DNA from: Gemmatimonadaceae bacterium
Lineage (GTDB): Bacteria > Gemmatimonadota > Gemmatimonadetes > Gemmatimonadales > Gemmatimonadaceae
Direction: 5' to 3'
Assembly (NCBI GenBank): GCA_039928585.1
Contig: JBDSSY010000034.1
Span: 1-57,921 of the forward strand
DNA: 57,921 nt
Both the position numbers and the translations under genes were made by a program. This document shows, piece by piece, positions 46,829 through 55,427 of this stretch (positions are counted from its first letter, which is position 1; every line of letters begins with the position of its first letter). Under the pieces are notes generated by a model that ran no database searches, had not been told where the DNA came from, and worked only from the letters and a program-made list of their open reading frames with translations.

Positions 46829-47596
46829 TCACAGCGGCCGTAGCCAGATGTTGCGGTAGCTCACCTGCGGGCCCGGATCGCCATGCGACTGAAGCCGGAT
46901 GGGCAGCGCCCCGTGCGCCCGATACGACGGAGCCCCGATGTACTTCGTGTCTCCCGCGAGCGGCACGTGATGCTGCACGAGCACGCCGTTGTGGAACGCG
47001 GTGATGTAGGCGGGAGACCGGAGCGTACCGTCGGCGTTGAATGCCGGTGCGGTCCAGACGACGTCGTACACCTGCCACTCGCCTGGCTTCCGCATGGCGT
47101 TGGCGAGCGGGATGTGCTGCTTGTAGACGCTCGCCGCCTGACCGTTCACGTACGTGGTGTTGCGGTAGGAATCCAGCACCTGCAACTCGTAGCCGCCATC
47201 CGGTGTCGCGCCGAGATACAGGCCGCTGTTGCCGCGCCGCTGCCCGCTGCCGCTCACCTCGACGGGCACCCGCCACTCGAGATGGATCTGATAACTGGTG
47301 AATCGGCGTCGGGTCTGGATGTCGCCACCCGCTTTCGTCACCGTTGCGACACCATTGCGCACTGTCCACATCGCCGGCTTCGTGGTGTCCGCCGCCGTCA
47401 CCCATTCATTCAGGTGTCGGCCGCCGAACAGGACAATGGCGTCCGACGGCGGCGCGGCGTTCGTTTGCCCCACCGTCACGATGGGCGGGACGGGCGTCCA
47501 TATCTCGGTGTCTTCCGGGCGGCCGGCCGGTTGCTGCGCCAGTGCGGGAATGGCGTGCACGAGCGTGCACGCCAGCACAGCAAGCGATCGGTTCAT
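46829..47596 (-). CDS. DUF1080 domain protein (3-keto-disaccharide hydrolase family), secreted
   Basis: ORF 46829..47668(-). I start at MNRSLAVLACTLVHAIPALAQ. Motifs seen: YQIHLEWR, GNSGLYL, YELQVLDS, PGEWQVYDVVW and the C-terminus IRLQSHG...YRNIWLRPL. Confidence 0.85.
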   Translation of the reverse strand: MNRSLAVLACTLVHAIPALAQQPAGRPEDTEIWTPVPPIVTVGQTNAAPPSDAIVLFGGRHLNEWVTAADTTKPAMWTVRNGVATVTKAGGDIQTRRRFTSYQIHLEWRVPVEVSGSGQRRGNSGLYLGATPDGGYELQVLDSYRNTTYVNGQAASVYKQHIPLANAMRKPGEWQVYDVVWTAPAFNADGTLRSPAYITAFHNGVLVQHHVPLAGDTKYIGAPSYRAHGALPIRLQSHGDPGPQVSYRNIWLRPL

Positions 47597-47777
47597 GTGG
47601 ACGGTCATGGCGTTCGTCGGAGGGTTGAAGTTCCCCGTGCAGGCCTGATAGTGCCATTGGGTCGGCACCGGGTCAACCGCGTGGCGAATGGCGGCACCGG
47701 GAGTCGCCTCACATCTTGTGCGACGTGCGGATCCGCTGCCGCACGTGCGCGGCGTTCACACACCGACTGGAGATATC

Positions 47778-47981
47778 ATGGCACAGGGCTCGACCGGAAA
47801 TGTCATCGCCGCGCTCTGCAGCTTTTTCGTACCGGGGCTCGGGCAGTTGATCCAGGGCCGGCTGATGATGGCGATCGTTCAGTTCGTGCTCGCCGCTGTG
47901 CTCTGGTTCTTTCTGCTCGGGTGGGTGATCCACCTGTGGTCGATTCTCGACGCCGCGATGTGGAAGCCGAAGACCGTGTGA
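47778..47981 (+). CDS. small integral membrane protein (67 aa, two TM helices)
   Basis: This lies within ORF 47688..47981. The ATG at 47778 is preceded by GGAGA. The sequence is MAQGSTGNVIAALCSFFVPGLGQLIQGR...LWFFLLGWVIHLWSILDA. Confidence 0.65.
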   Translation: MAQGSTGNVIAALCSFFVPGLGQLIQGRLMMAIVQFVLAAVLWFFLLGWVIHLWSILDAAMWKPKTV

Positions 47982-48148
47982 GCGCTCGGCACAACGCCCC
48001 GTCGCACATGCGGCATCTCGCGCCGTATCTCGTGACGGCGTTCGTCGTGATGGCGTGGATGACGCTGGGCTGGATCCTGCGGGTCGATGCCGTGCCGGCC
48101 ATGAGCCAAGCTGCCATCGATGCAATGCGGAATGCGTCGCTGGGGTAG
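47978..48148 (+). CDS. possible small single-TM protein (56 aa)
   Basis: GTG 47978 overlaps the upstream TGA (GTGA). The translation is VSARHNAPSHMRHLAPYLVTAFVVMAWMTLGWILRVD..., with GC-rich third positions. There is no family support. Confidence 0.35.
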   Translation: MSARHNAPSHMRHLAPYLVTAFVVMAWMTLGWILRVDAVPAMSQAAIDAMRNASLG

Positions 48149-48278
48149 GAGCTAACCGTGCGGATGGCACTCGCTGCCTGCACGACCTTCCCTCGCCCGC
48201 CACCCGTTCCTTCTTCACTTCCACGATCGTCCATCAGCTGACAGCGGACACCCCACCGCGACACGCACGAGGACGATC

Positions 48279-48986
48279 ATGCGCCAACCGACTAGGCACT
48301 TCCGCTCCCCCGCCTTCACCGCCGGCGCCATCGCCTGCTTCCTCGCCGCCTCCGCCTGCGGCGGCACGCGCCACCACCTGAACGAATACACCTTCGCCAA
48401 CCGCACGCTGGCGACGGTGGTGCTCGGGACGCCGGCGCCCGGCCTCATCACCGGCGGCTACGACCTCCGGTCCACCGACATCGTCGACGTGGTGGTGAAA
48501 GCGGGCTCCAAGGCGGCAAAGGACATCGAGGCGAGACGCGCCCGTGCGCGCATGGACAGCGCGACGGCGCGCATGCGCCTCTCCGATAGCCTCGCCAAGC
48601 GCATGCTCGATCGCGCCACTCGCTACCTCGGCGTCCGCCCGACCACATCACCAGCGTCGGCGGATTTCCTGCTCGAGGTGCACCTGCGCAACTACGGGCT
48701 CGACGCCGGCGGTAGTGGCGCGGCGTCGCTGTACACCAACGCCGAGGCGGTGCTCCTCGACCGCGGCACCGGGCGCGAGATCTGGAGCGTGAAGGTCCAT
48801 GGCACCGACCGCCTTGCGCCGAGCATTCGCGGCGCAGGATCCGTGGGCGGAACCATCATCGCCGCCGGTACCCTCCACACGATGTCGGTACAGGACTTCC
48901 AGGAAGCGCTGGACCAGTTGATGACGCTCTCCTCGAACGTCGTCGCCGACGAGTTGCGCTCGGCCCTTCGCGACGCGCGCCGGTAG
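48279..48986 (+). CDS. hypothetical lipoprotein
   Basis: 235 aa. GAGGA lies upstream of the ATG. The N-terminus ..FTAGAIACFLAASACGG carries a lipobox. I recognise no family. Confidence 0.68.
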   Translation: MRQPTRHFRSPAFTAGAIACFLAASACGGTRHHLNEYTFANRTLATVVLGTPAPGLITGGYDLRSTDIVDVVVKAGSKAAKDIEARRARARMDSATARMRLSDSLAKRMLDRATRYLGVRPTTSPASADFLLEVHLRNYGLDAGGSGAASLYTNAEAVLLDRGTGREIWSVKVHGTDRLAPSIRGAGSVGGTIIAAGTLHTMSVQDFQEALDQLMTLSSNVVADELRSALRDARR

Positions 48987-49022
48987 TTCCGCGCCGGCGC
49001 GTGCGTCACGAACCGGCCGGCG

Positions 49023-49205
49023 CTACTTGCTCCACGGCGGCTTCACGCCGTTGGACCGTGCATACGCGATGAGTTGTCCAAGGTGTTCGTGCATGTCGCC
49101 CGTCATGCCGAACGCGGCCTCCACGAGCGTCACCTTCCAGGGCGCATAGCGACCGGTCAACGTCGCCGCGTCCACGCCCGCGACCTGCCCCCTGGCGTGG
49201 CTCCA
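49023..49205 (-). pseudogene. 5'-truncated remnant of a DinB-family gene (C-terminal ~55-60 codons only)
   Basis: Track ORF 49023..49289(-) ends ..VDAATLTGRYAPWKVTLVEAAFGMTGDMHEHLGQLIAYARSNGVKPPWSK. This matches the last helix pair of DinB-family proteins (H..H.GQ...Y.R..G..PPW), which are normally about 160-170 aa. No upstream continuation exists in any frame. Confidence 0.6.
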
Positions 49206-49416
49206 CCCCTTAGTGCATCCGCGTGACCGCAGTTCGAAACGATGGCGCCCCTCCTGTGACACACACCGTCGTCGCGCAGCGAACAACAACCAATTCTGTC
49301 AACTCACAGCTCGAAGCTGTCAGCTCGGCCGTGCCACTTCACCACTGAAGACAGCAGGCGGCCGCCCCGCGGCCCCGAACTTGAACTGCGATCACGCACC
49401 CTCACCGGAGCAAACA

Positions 49417-49623
49417 ATGAAAGACCCGAACTTCCCCATCGAACAGCCCAACGATCCCGTCTCCAGCGCGCTCACCGACCGCAACGCCGATCCGAGCGCC
49501 AACGTGCAGGCCGAGTCGCTCAAGGTGCACGGCGATCCGCTCTCGCACCCACGATCAGCGCCGCAACCACCAGAGCAGACTGACGACACGGTGAACGACG
49601 CACAGCGCGACGAAGGGTTCTGA
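49417..49623 (+). CDS. hypothetical small acidic, probably disordered protein (68 aa)
   Basis: This lies within track ORF 49213..49623. The ATG at 49417 has GGAG 8 nt upstream. The sequence is MKDPNFPIEQPNDPVSSALTDRNADPS...NDAQRDEGF, with mostly GC-ending codons. There is no family support. Confidence 0.45.
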   Translation: MKDPNFPIEQPNDPVSSALTDRNADPSANVQAESLKVHGDPLSHPRSAPQPPEQTDDTVNDAQRDEGF

Positions 49624-49763
49624 CGACACGGTCGACGCTCGACCACCGCTGTAGCCTGGCAACTCTGGCGCGGATACGATAGACAGCGCTGGCACCGACG
49701 GCGAAACAGCGCCACACTTGCGACGTAGTGTGAGCTGTCTCCTCATGCCACCAGCGAGGTCCG

Positions 49764-49967
49764 GTGCAACTGTCCGTCATTGGGCTCAACGTGCTCTACG
49801 CCGTCATCGGCGTGGTGCTCATGTACCTGTCGTATCGCGTAATCGACCTCCTCACGCCCGAAGTCGACTTTCGGGCCGAGCTGCAGAAGGGCAACATCGC
49901 CGTGGCCATCTTCATGGCATCCATCTTCATCTCCATCGCCCTCATCATCGGCAAGGCGCTGGGCTGA
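49764..49967 (+). CDS. DUF350 domain-containing membrane protein
   Basis: 67 aa. VIGLNVLYAVIGVVLMYLSYRVIDLLTP.VDF..EL.KGNIAVAIFMASIFISIALII matches the DUF350 pattern. GAGG lies upstream of the GTG. Confidence 0.78.
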   Translation: MQLSVIGLNVLYAVIGVVLMYLSYRVIDLLTPEVDFRAELQKGNIAVAIFMASIFISIALIIGKALG

Positions 49968-50653
49968 TGCGGCGGCATGCGGTTCGTCTCCCAGCGCTGC
50001 GGAGCATCGCGCTGTCGGCCGGCCTCATGCTCGCGACGCCTTCACTCACCGCGCAGTCCGCGAATGCGCCGGAGCGTGCCGCCTCCACGCTGCGCAAAGC
50101 AGGCCGTGCGCTCGATGACGCGGCGCGCGCCCGGCACGAGCGCAAGTCGACCGAGCGCTACGATCCGATCTTCCGGAAGTACACGAAGCGTTACTTCGGC
50201 ATCGGTACCGACTGGCGGCTGTTCAAGGCGCAGGGCATGGCGGAGAGCGATCTCACACCCACGGCGCGCAGTCGCGTGGGCGCACGCGGCATCATGCAGC
50301 TCATGCCGTCCACCTATGGGCTCATCCAGTCCGCGCTGCCGCACTTCGGTGCGATCGACAATCCCGAGTGGAACATCGCCGCTGGCATCCTGCACGATCG
50401 CGACCTGTGGACGAGCTTCAAGCGCGACGTGCCGGACGACGAACGCTGGCGCTTCATGTTCGCCGGCTACAACGCGGGCGAAAGCACCATCATTCGCGCT
50501 CGGCGCGCTGCGCTGGCCGAACAGCTCGACGACAAGACGTGGCAGAGCATCGAGACCGTCGCGCCTCGGGTGCAGCGGTGGCGGTACCTGGAAACCCTCG
50601 GTTACGTGCGGACGATCGAGCGGAACCACAAGGCGATGCCTCGGGTGCGCTGA
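49967..50653 (+). CDS. lytic transglycosylase domain-containing protein (SLT/GH23)
   Basis: This is the C-terminal part of track ORF 49718..50653, starting at MRRHAVRLPALRSIALSAGLMLATPSLTAQS (signal peptide). The catalytic context is AQGMAESDLTPTARSRVGARGIMQLMPSTY, and AGYNAG is also present. The ATG shares one nt with the DUF350 TGA. Confidence 0.85.
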   Translation: MRRHAVRLPALRSIALSAGLMLATPSLTAQSANAPERAASTLRKAGRALDDAARARHERKSTERYDPIFRKYTKRYFGIGTDWRLFKAQGMAESDLTPTARSRVGARGIMQLMPSTYGLIQSALPHFGAIDNPEWNIAAGILHDRDLWTSFKRDVPDDERWRFMFAGYNAGESTIIRARRAALAEQLDDKTWQSIETVAPRVQRWRYLETLGYVRTIERNHKAMPRVR

Positions 50654-50692
50654 CGCTCGAGTCCTGCGGGCGCGCGCGTCGCGCCGGCACGC

Positions 50693-51898
50693 TCACTCCA
50701 CCACGATCGTCGGCGCCGCCTTCTCCTCCGGCACGCCGGGCACGTCTGCCTTGGTTCCCGTCGTGCCCTCATCCGCCTTCTTCTCCTCACGAATCGCCGG
50801 CAGCGACTCCTTCGTGATCCATCCCTGCTCCATCGCGTGCTGCGCCGCCGCGTACGTGTCGTCCGCGATGATCAGCGTCGAGCCGGCGGCGAGCACCTCT
50901 TTCGCCAGTGCCTGCACGGCGCTCGAGCGCTCGGGATTCGCGTCCACGTTCCGGATGTAGATGGCGAGGATGCGGCCGGGATACCGGTCGAGGATCGCCC
51001 GATAGATCTCGGGGTCGCGCTGGCTGTTGTCGCCGATGAGGATGAACGGCAGCGCGGGATACGTGTCGAGGATGTCGCGGATGGCCGGCTCCTTGAAGTT
51101 GCCGAGCCGGCTCGACGTGAGCGCGGAGAGCACCACGTCCCAGTCGCGCAGGGTGATGGGCCCGCGCGGGATGCGCTGGAAGTCCATGAAGTCCGCGATG
51201 TGGTCATGAATGTTCCACGGGCTGCTCGAGACGTAGAAGATCGGATTCAGGCGCGCGCCGTCGCCACCACGCTCGAGCGCCTGATAGAAGGCGGCCACGC
51301 CGGGAAAGGGGAGCCGCGTACGCGCATTCTTGAGCATCATGGTGCGCACGGCTGAGAGAAAGCTCGTGATGTTCGACTGGATCACGGTGTCATCCAGGTC
51401 GCTGATCACACCGAACGACGGCGTGTCTGTGAGCACGCGAATCTCTGCGGTCGTCGTTACGTCGGGATGCCCGGGCTTCAGTGGCGAGAGCAGGCGAAGC
51501 GCCACCGGCTGCCACGGCTGGTCGGTCGGCAGTGGAGCGGGAAGGTCCATCCATTCGTGGATGAAGCCTTCATCGTCGGCCACGACCTCGCGCTCCGTGC
51601 CGCCCACGGTGATTCGCACCCGTGCGTGTGCCAGGGGACTGGCGTCGATCCGCTTGTAGGTGCTGAAAAGGTTCCGCCACACCGAATCGGTGGCGGCGGC
51701 CGGTGGAATCGCCTTGGCCTCCTGCGCCCGGCCCTGTACCAGCACACGCGTGCCCGCGGCGTAGCCCCGATAGCCCACCATCTCGTGATGTGCCGGCACT
51801 CCGATTCCGAGGGTCCGGCTGGCGCGGTCCAGTTCACCCACGATTTCTCGCGCGATCCGGCCTAGCCGTTCGCGCCAGCCTCCTGATTCCTCGCTCAT
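50693..51898 (-). CDS. DUF2183 / App1-family phosphatidate-phosphatase-like protein
   Basis: ORF 50693..52141(-). I start at MSEESGGWRERL (ATG 51898). Motifs seen: the DxDxT motif ISDLDDTVI, FYVSSSPWN and LIGDNSQRDPEIY. Confidence 0.82.
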   Translation of the reverse strand: MSEESGGWRERLGRIAREIVGELDRASRTLGIGVPAHHEMVGYRGYAAGTRVLVQGRAQEAKAIPPAAATDSVWRNLFSTYKRIDASPLAHARVRITVGGTEREVVADDEGFIHEWMDLPAPLPTDQPWQPVALRLLSPLKPGHPDVTTTAEIRVLTDTPSFGVISDLDDTVIQSNITSFLSAVRTMMLKNARTRLPFPGVAAFYQALERGGDGARLNPIFYVSSSPWNIHDHIADFMDFQRIPRGPITLRDWDVVLSALTSSRLGNFKEPAIRDILDTYPALPFILIGDNSQRDPEIYRAILDRYPGRILAIYIRNVDANPERSSAVQALAKEVLAAGSTLIIADDTYAAAQHAMEQGWITKESLPAIREEKKADEGTTGTKADVPGVPEEKAAPTIVVE

Positions 51899-52092
51899 GC
51901 ATTCGCCCCGTGCAAGCGGTGCGCCCTTCCGCACGGGCTGCGGAACAGGCATATGGTCATGGTGGACTCGCGTCGAAAGTTGAGTCCCCGCCCGCCGATG
52001 TAGTGACGCAGCCCCCGAACCACGGGTGCTGGTAGCTGGAGCCGCAGGGCCCCCAACCGGTAATTCCAACCCCCCCACCACCGGAGTGCAGG

Positions 52093-55000
52093 ATGTCTTT
52101 CTTCGTTCGCGCGAGGACGCACCACCCCCTCCTCGCGGCAAGCTTGCTGTTCCTCTTCCCCTCGGTGCTCGCCGCCCAGGGCACCGGCGTGATCACTGGT
52201 ACCGTGATCGACGCTGGAACCAAGCGGCCGATCTCCAGCGTCCAGGTCACCATCGTCGGCACGACTCCGACGATCGGATCGGCGACGAACAGTCTGGGTG
52301 CGTTCCGCATCCTCGGCGTGGCGCCAGGCACGCGTACCGTTCGCGCGCGCATCATCGGCTTCACGCCGGTCCAGCGGACCGTCGAAGTCGTGGTTGGCGG
52401 GACGGCCACGGTGGCCCTCGAGCTCACACAGTCCGCGCTTGAGCTCACCGCCGTCGTCACGACGGGCACGGGCGGAAGTCAGGTTGAAGCGCGCAAGCTT
52501 GGAAACACGGTTGCCTCCGTGACGGCACCGGAGAATGCGCCGATCTCGAGCTTCTCGGACATCCTGCAGGGGCGCGAGCCTGGCGTAATGGCACTGCCCT
52601 CGTCGGGCACCACGGGCGAAGGCACGCGCATCCGCATCCGTGGGAGCGCGTCGCTCTCGCAGTCGAACGAGCCGATCGTCTACGTGGATGGCGTACGCAT
52701 CGACAATGGCGGCGGCTTCGGTACGGGTTTCGTCGGCACCGGTGGCGGCGGGCGGCCCTCGCGCCTCGATGACATCGATCCCATGTCGATCGAGAAGATC
52801 GAAGTACTCAAGGGCGCGGCAGCGGCCACGCTCTATGGCACCGAGGCGTCGAACGGCGTGCTGCTCATCACGACGAAGAGCGGCGTCGCCGGCGCGACCA
52901 AGTGGTCGTTCGATGTGGAGCGGTTGATGAAGAGCTACCCTCGGGGCCGGATCGAGCCGCAGTGGGGCTTCGCACGTTCGGACACCCAGGCGACACGTCT
53001 GTCACAGCACTACGGCATGCAGATCAACGCGTTCACCCCGTTCAGCCGAGACGTCGCGACGAAGCTGTTCGAGACGGGAAAGGCATCCACGATGACGGGT
53101 CAGGTGTCCGGCGGCACGCCGCTGCTCACCTACTTCGGTTCGCTGCGCAGCTATCGCGAGGACGGACCGTTCACGGCAAAGAACTTCAACTGGCAGGACG
53201 CCACCTCGCCGACGCCGCGCGGCTTCAACATGGAGGACATCAACAACCGCTATCAGGGCACCCTGAGTCTCGGTCTCTCCCCGTCGCGGACGTTCAAGCT
53301 GCAGTCGAACGTGCTGTACGCCAACACGCACAACGAGATCCCCGAGAACAACAACAGCATCTACGCGCCGTACACGGTGGCCCTCTTTTCCAAGCCGGAG
53401 AACGCGCAGTGCAACGCGTCCAAGACGAGCCCCACCGACCCGACGAACGGAAGCAGGGGCGACGGACTCTGTCTGAACAGGGGAAATCCGACTGGTGCCA
53501 GCACCTTCGGGACGATGAGCGAGCTGGTCCAGCCATCCATCAAGCAGGACGCCCGGCACTTCAATGGCCGCGTTCGCGCGAGCTACATCCCGATCGCCGA
53601 GTTCAACGTCGACGCCACGTTCGGCGTGGATTTCACGGCGCAGCGGTCTACCTACTTCATCCCGTTCGGGAACAACTTCGATTCGCGCATCAATCGGGCG
53701 AACGCCGGAAGGGCGAGTGTGGACGATCGCACGCACCAGGAGCTCACCGCGAGCGTCAACGGCGGGTACACGCGCACACTGTCGAAGATGTTCTCGTCGA
53801 ACCTCATCTTCGGCGCCCAAGGCTTCCTCTCGCGCGACAACGATGAGAGCTCCACCAACCAGGACTTTCCCGGTCCGGGCATCGAGGTCGTGGGCGGTGG
53901 CGCGACGCCTCAGGTGTTTGAGTCGTTCAGCTCCATCGTGAATGCCGGCTACTTCGCCCAGGAACAGATCGGCATCAGTGACTGGATCTTCGTCACTGGC
54001 GGCGCACGCTACGACTACAACAGTGCGTTCGGCAAGTCGGAGGGTGGTGTCGTCTATCCAACTGCCTCGGTGTCGATCATCCCCAGCGACCGGCCAGCGT
54101 GGAAGAACAGCGGGCTGGCGAACTATCTCTCCACCCTGCGGCTGCGCGCGGCCGTGGGACGTGCCGGACGTCAGCCGGGTGCGTTCGACAAGCTGACCAC
54201 CTACGCTGCACTGACCTCGCCCACCGGCAGCGGCCTCGTACCGGCGAACCTTGGCAATCCCGATCTGCGTCCGGAAATCTCGACGGAGTTCGAGGTCGGA
54301 GCGGAGTTCGGTCTGTTAGAGGATCGCGCGTCGATCGAATTCACGCGGTGGCAGCGTGTCGTCAAGGATGCCCTGTATGCGCGCCAGTTCCCTGTCACCG
54401 GCGGCTTCACCGCGGCGCAGCTCGTCAACATCGGGGAGATGCGTGCGTTCGGTTGGGAGCTCAAGACGAAAGCGTTCGTGCTAAACCGTCCCAGCGTGTC
54501 ACTCGACGTCTACGGCAGCATGGGGTTCCTGAGCCAGATCGTCTCCAGCCTGGGTGGCGCGCCACCGGTGAAGGTGGGGGGCAGCTATCCCCGGTACCGC
54601 AACTTCGTGAAGGAAGGCTACACGCCCGGCGCGTTCTTCGGCGGCAAGCTTCCCGGCGCGTGTGCGGCAGGTGCAACGAAGACGGCAGGCGGCGGCGTCT
54701 GCCTGCAGGCAGGCCAGTTGCCGTTCGACACCAACAAGGACGGACGTCCCGATACCGAAGCGGAGCTGCTGGCATATCTGGCGGTCCCGCGTTCACTCGC
54801 GAATGTCGATCCGCTGGCCGCGGACGACGATGCGAACGGGGACAAGCTCGATCACTCTGACGGCAAGCCCTTCCCCGATTTCGAGGGGTCGTTCGGTGGC
54901 TCGATGACCGTTCGCAAGAACTGGCGAGTCGGGACGAACCTCGAGTACCGCTTCGGTAACTACACCATCTCCGATCTCACCGGCGCGTTCCGGCGCGCCA

Positions 55001-55425
55001 ATCCAACGAACGGCGGCAACACGGAATTGCGGGCGCGCACTGAAGCCACGATCCTCAACCCCGCCAGCACCGCGCAGCAGCGGCTGGAGGCAGCCAACGT
55101 CTACGCCTACCAACTGAAGGGCCTGTCGCCGTTCGACGGGCTCAATCAACAGTTCAAGGGTGATTTCCTCCGTTGGCGCGAGCTGTCGCTGACGTACACG
55201 CCGCCCTCACGCATCGCCGCGCTCGCCGGCGGAACGGACCTCGCCATCACGTTCGCCGCCCGGAACTTCGCGCTGTGGACGAAGTATCCCGGCGTGGATC
55301 CGGAGGTGAACGTCTTCAGCCGTCGCTCGAGTGGCAGCACGGATGCCAACTTCGGTGAAGGGATCGATGCATTTGGCTTCCCGATCCCACGCTCCTTCAG
55401 CCTCAACGTCCGGGTAGGGTTCTGA
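52093..55425 (+). CDS. SusC/RagA family TonB-linked outer membrane protein
   Basis: 1110 aa with a signal peptide. It has an N-terminal CarboxypepD_reg segment (GVITGTVIDAGTKRPISSVQVTIVGT), the plug motif IEVLKGAAAATLYGTEASNGVLLITTKSG, and a C-terminus ..SFSLNVRVGF ending in Phe. There is no STN/anti-sigma extension. Confidence 0.92.
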   Translation: MSFFVRARTHHPLLAASLLFLFPSVLAAQGTGVITGTVIDAGTKRPISSVQVTIVGTTPTIGSATNSLGAFRILGVAPGTRTVRARIIGFTPVQRTVEVVVGGTATVALELTQSALELTAVVTTGTGGSQVEARKLGNTVASVTAPENAPISSFSDILQGREPGVMALPSSGTTGEGTRIRIRGSASLSQSNEPIVYVDGVRIDNGGGFGTGFVGTGGGGRPSRLDDIDPMSIEKIEVLKGAAAATLYGTEASNGVLLITTKSGVAGATKWSFDVERLMKSYPRGRIEPQWGFARSDTQATRLSQHYGMQINAFTPFSRDVATKLFETGKASTMTGQVSGGTPLLTYFGSLRSYREDGPFTAKNFNWQDATSPTPRGFNMEDINNRYQGTLSLGLSPSRTFKLQSNVLYANTHNEIPENNNSIYAPYTVALFSKPENAQCNASKTSPTDPTNGSRGDGLCLNRGNPTGASTFGTMSELVQPSIKQDARHFNGRVRASYIPIAEFNVDATFGVDFTAQRSTYFIPFGNNFDSRINRANAGRASVDDRTHQELTASVNGGYTRTLSKMFSSNLIFGAQGFLSRDNDESSTNQDFPGPGIEVVGGGATPQVFESFSSIVNAGYFAQEQIGISDWIFVTGGARYDYNSAFGKSEGGVVYPTASVSIIPSDRPAWKNSGLANYLSTLRLRAAVGRAGRQPGAFDKLTTYAALTSPTGSGLVPANLGNPDLRPEISTEFEVGAEFGLLEDRASIEFTRWQRVVKDALYARQFPVTGGFTAAQLVNIGEMRAFGWELKTKAFVLNRPSVSLDVYGSMGFLSQIVSSLGGAPPVKVGGSYPRYRNFVKEGYTPGAFFGGKLPGACAAGATKTAGGGVCLQAGQLPFDTNKDGRPDTEAELLAYLAVPRSLANVDPLAADDDANGDKLDHSDGKPFPDFEGSFGGSMTVRKNWRVGTNLEYRFGNYTISDLTGAFRRANPTNGGNTELRARTEATILNPASTAQQRLEAANVYAYQLKGLSPFDGLNQQFKGDFLRWRELSLTYTPPSRIAALAGGTDLAITFAARNFALWTKYPGVDPEVNVFSRRSSGSTDANFGEGIDAFGFPIPRSFSLNVRVGF

Positions 55426-55427
55426 CC

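Noticed and set aside
46883-48148. 421-aa + strand ORF spanning the DUF1080 gene and the small membrane genes
   Set aside because: Over most of its length it is antisense to the well-supported DUF1080 ORF and low in information. Only its last 56 codons (47978-48148) are retained, as a low-confidence small ORF.
48991-49023. Inverted repeat GCGCCGGC-N17-GCCGGCGC between convergent genes, considered as a bidirectional terminator
   Set aside because: The stem is only 8 bp, the loop is long and there is no flanking T-run. It also overlaps the stop of the DinB remnant. This is too weak to list as a feature.
49023-49289. The 88-aa ORF as an intact small gene
   Set aside because: Only its C-terminal ~55-60 residues look like protein (DinB-family terminus). 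The N-terminal ~30 residues are Arg/Cys-rich nonsense after a TTG start. I therefore call it a gene remnant.
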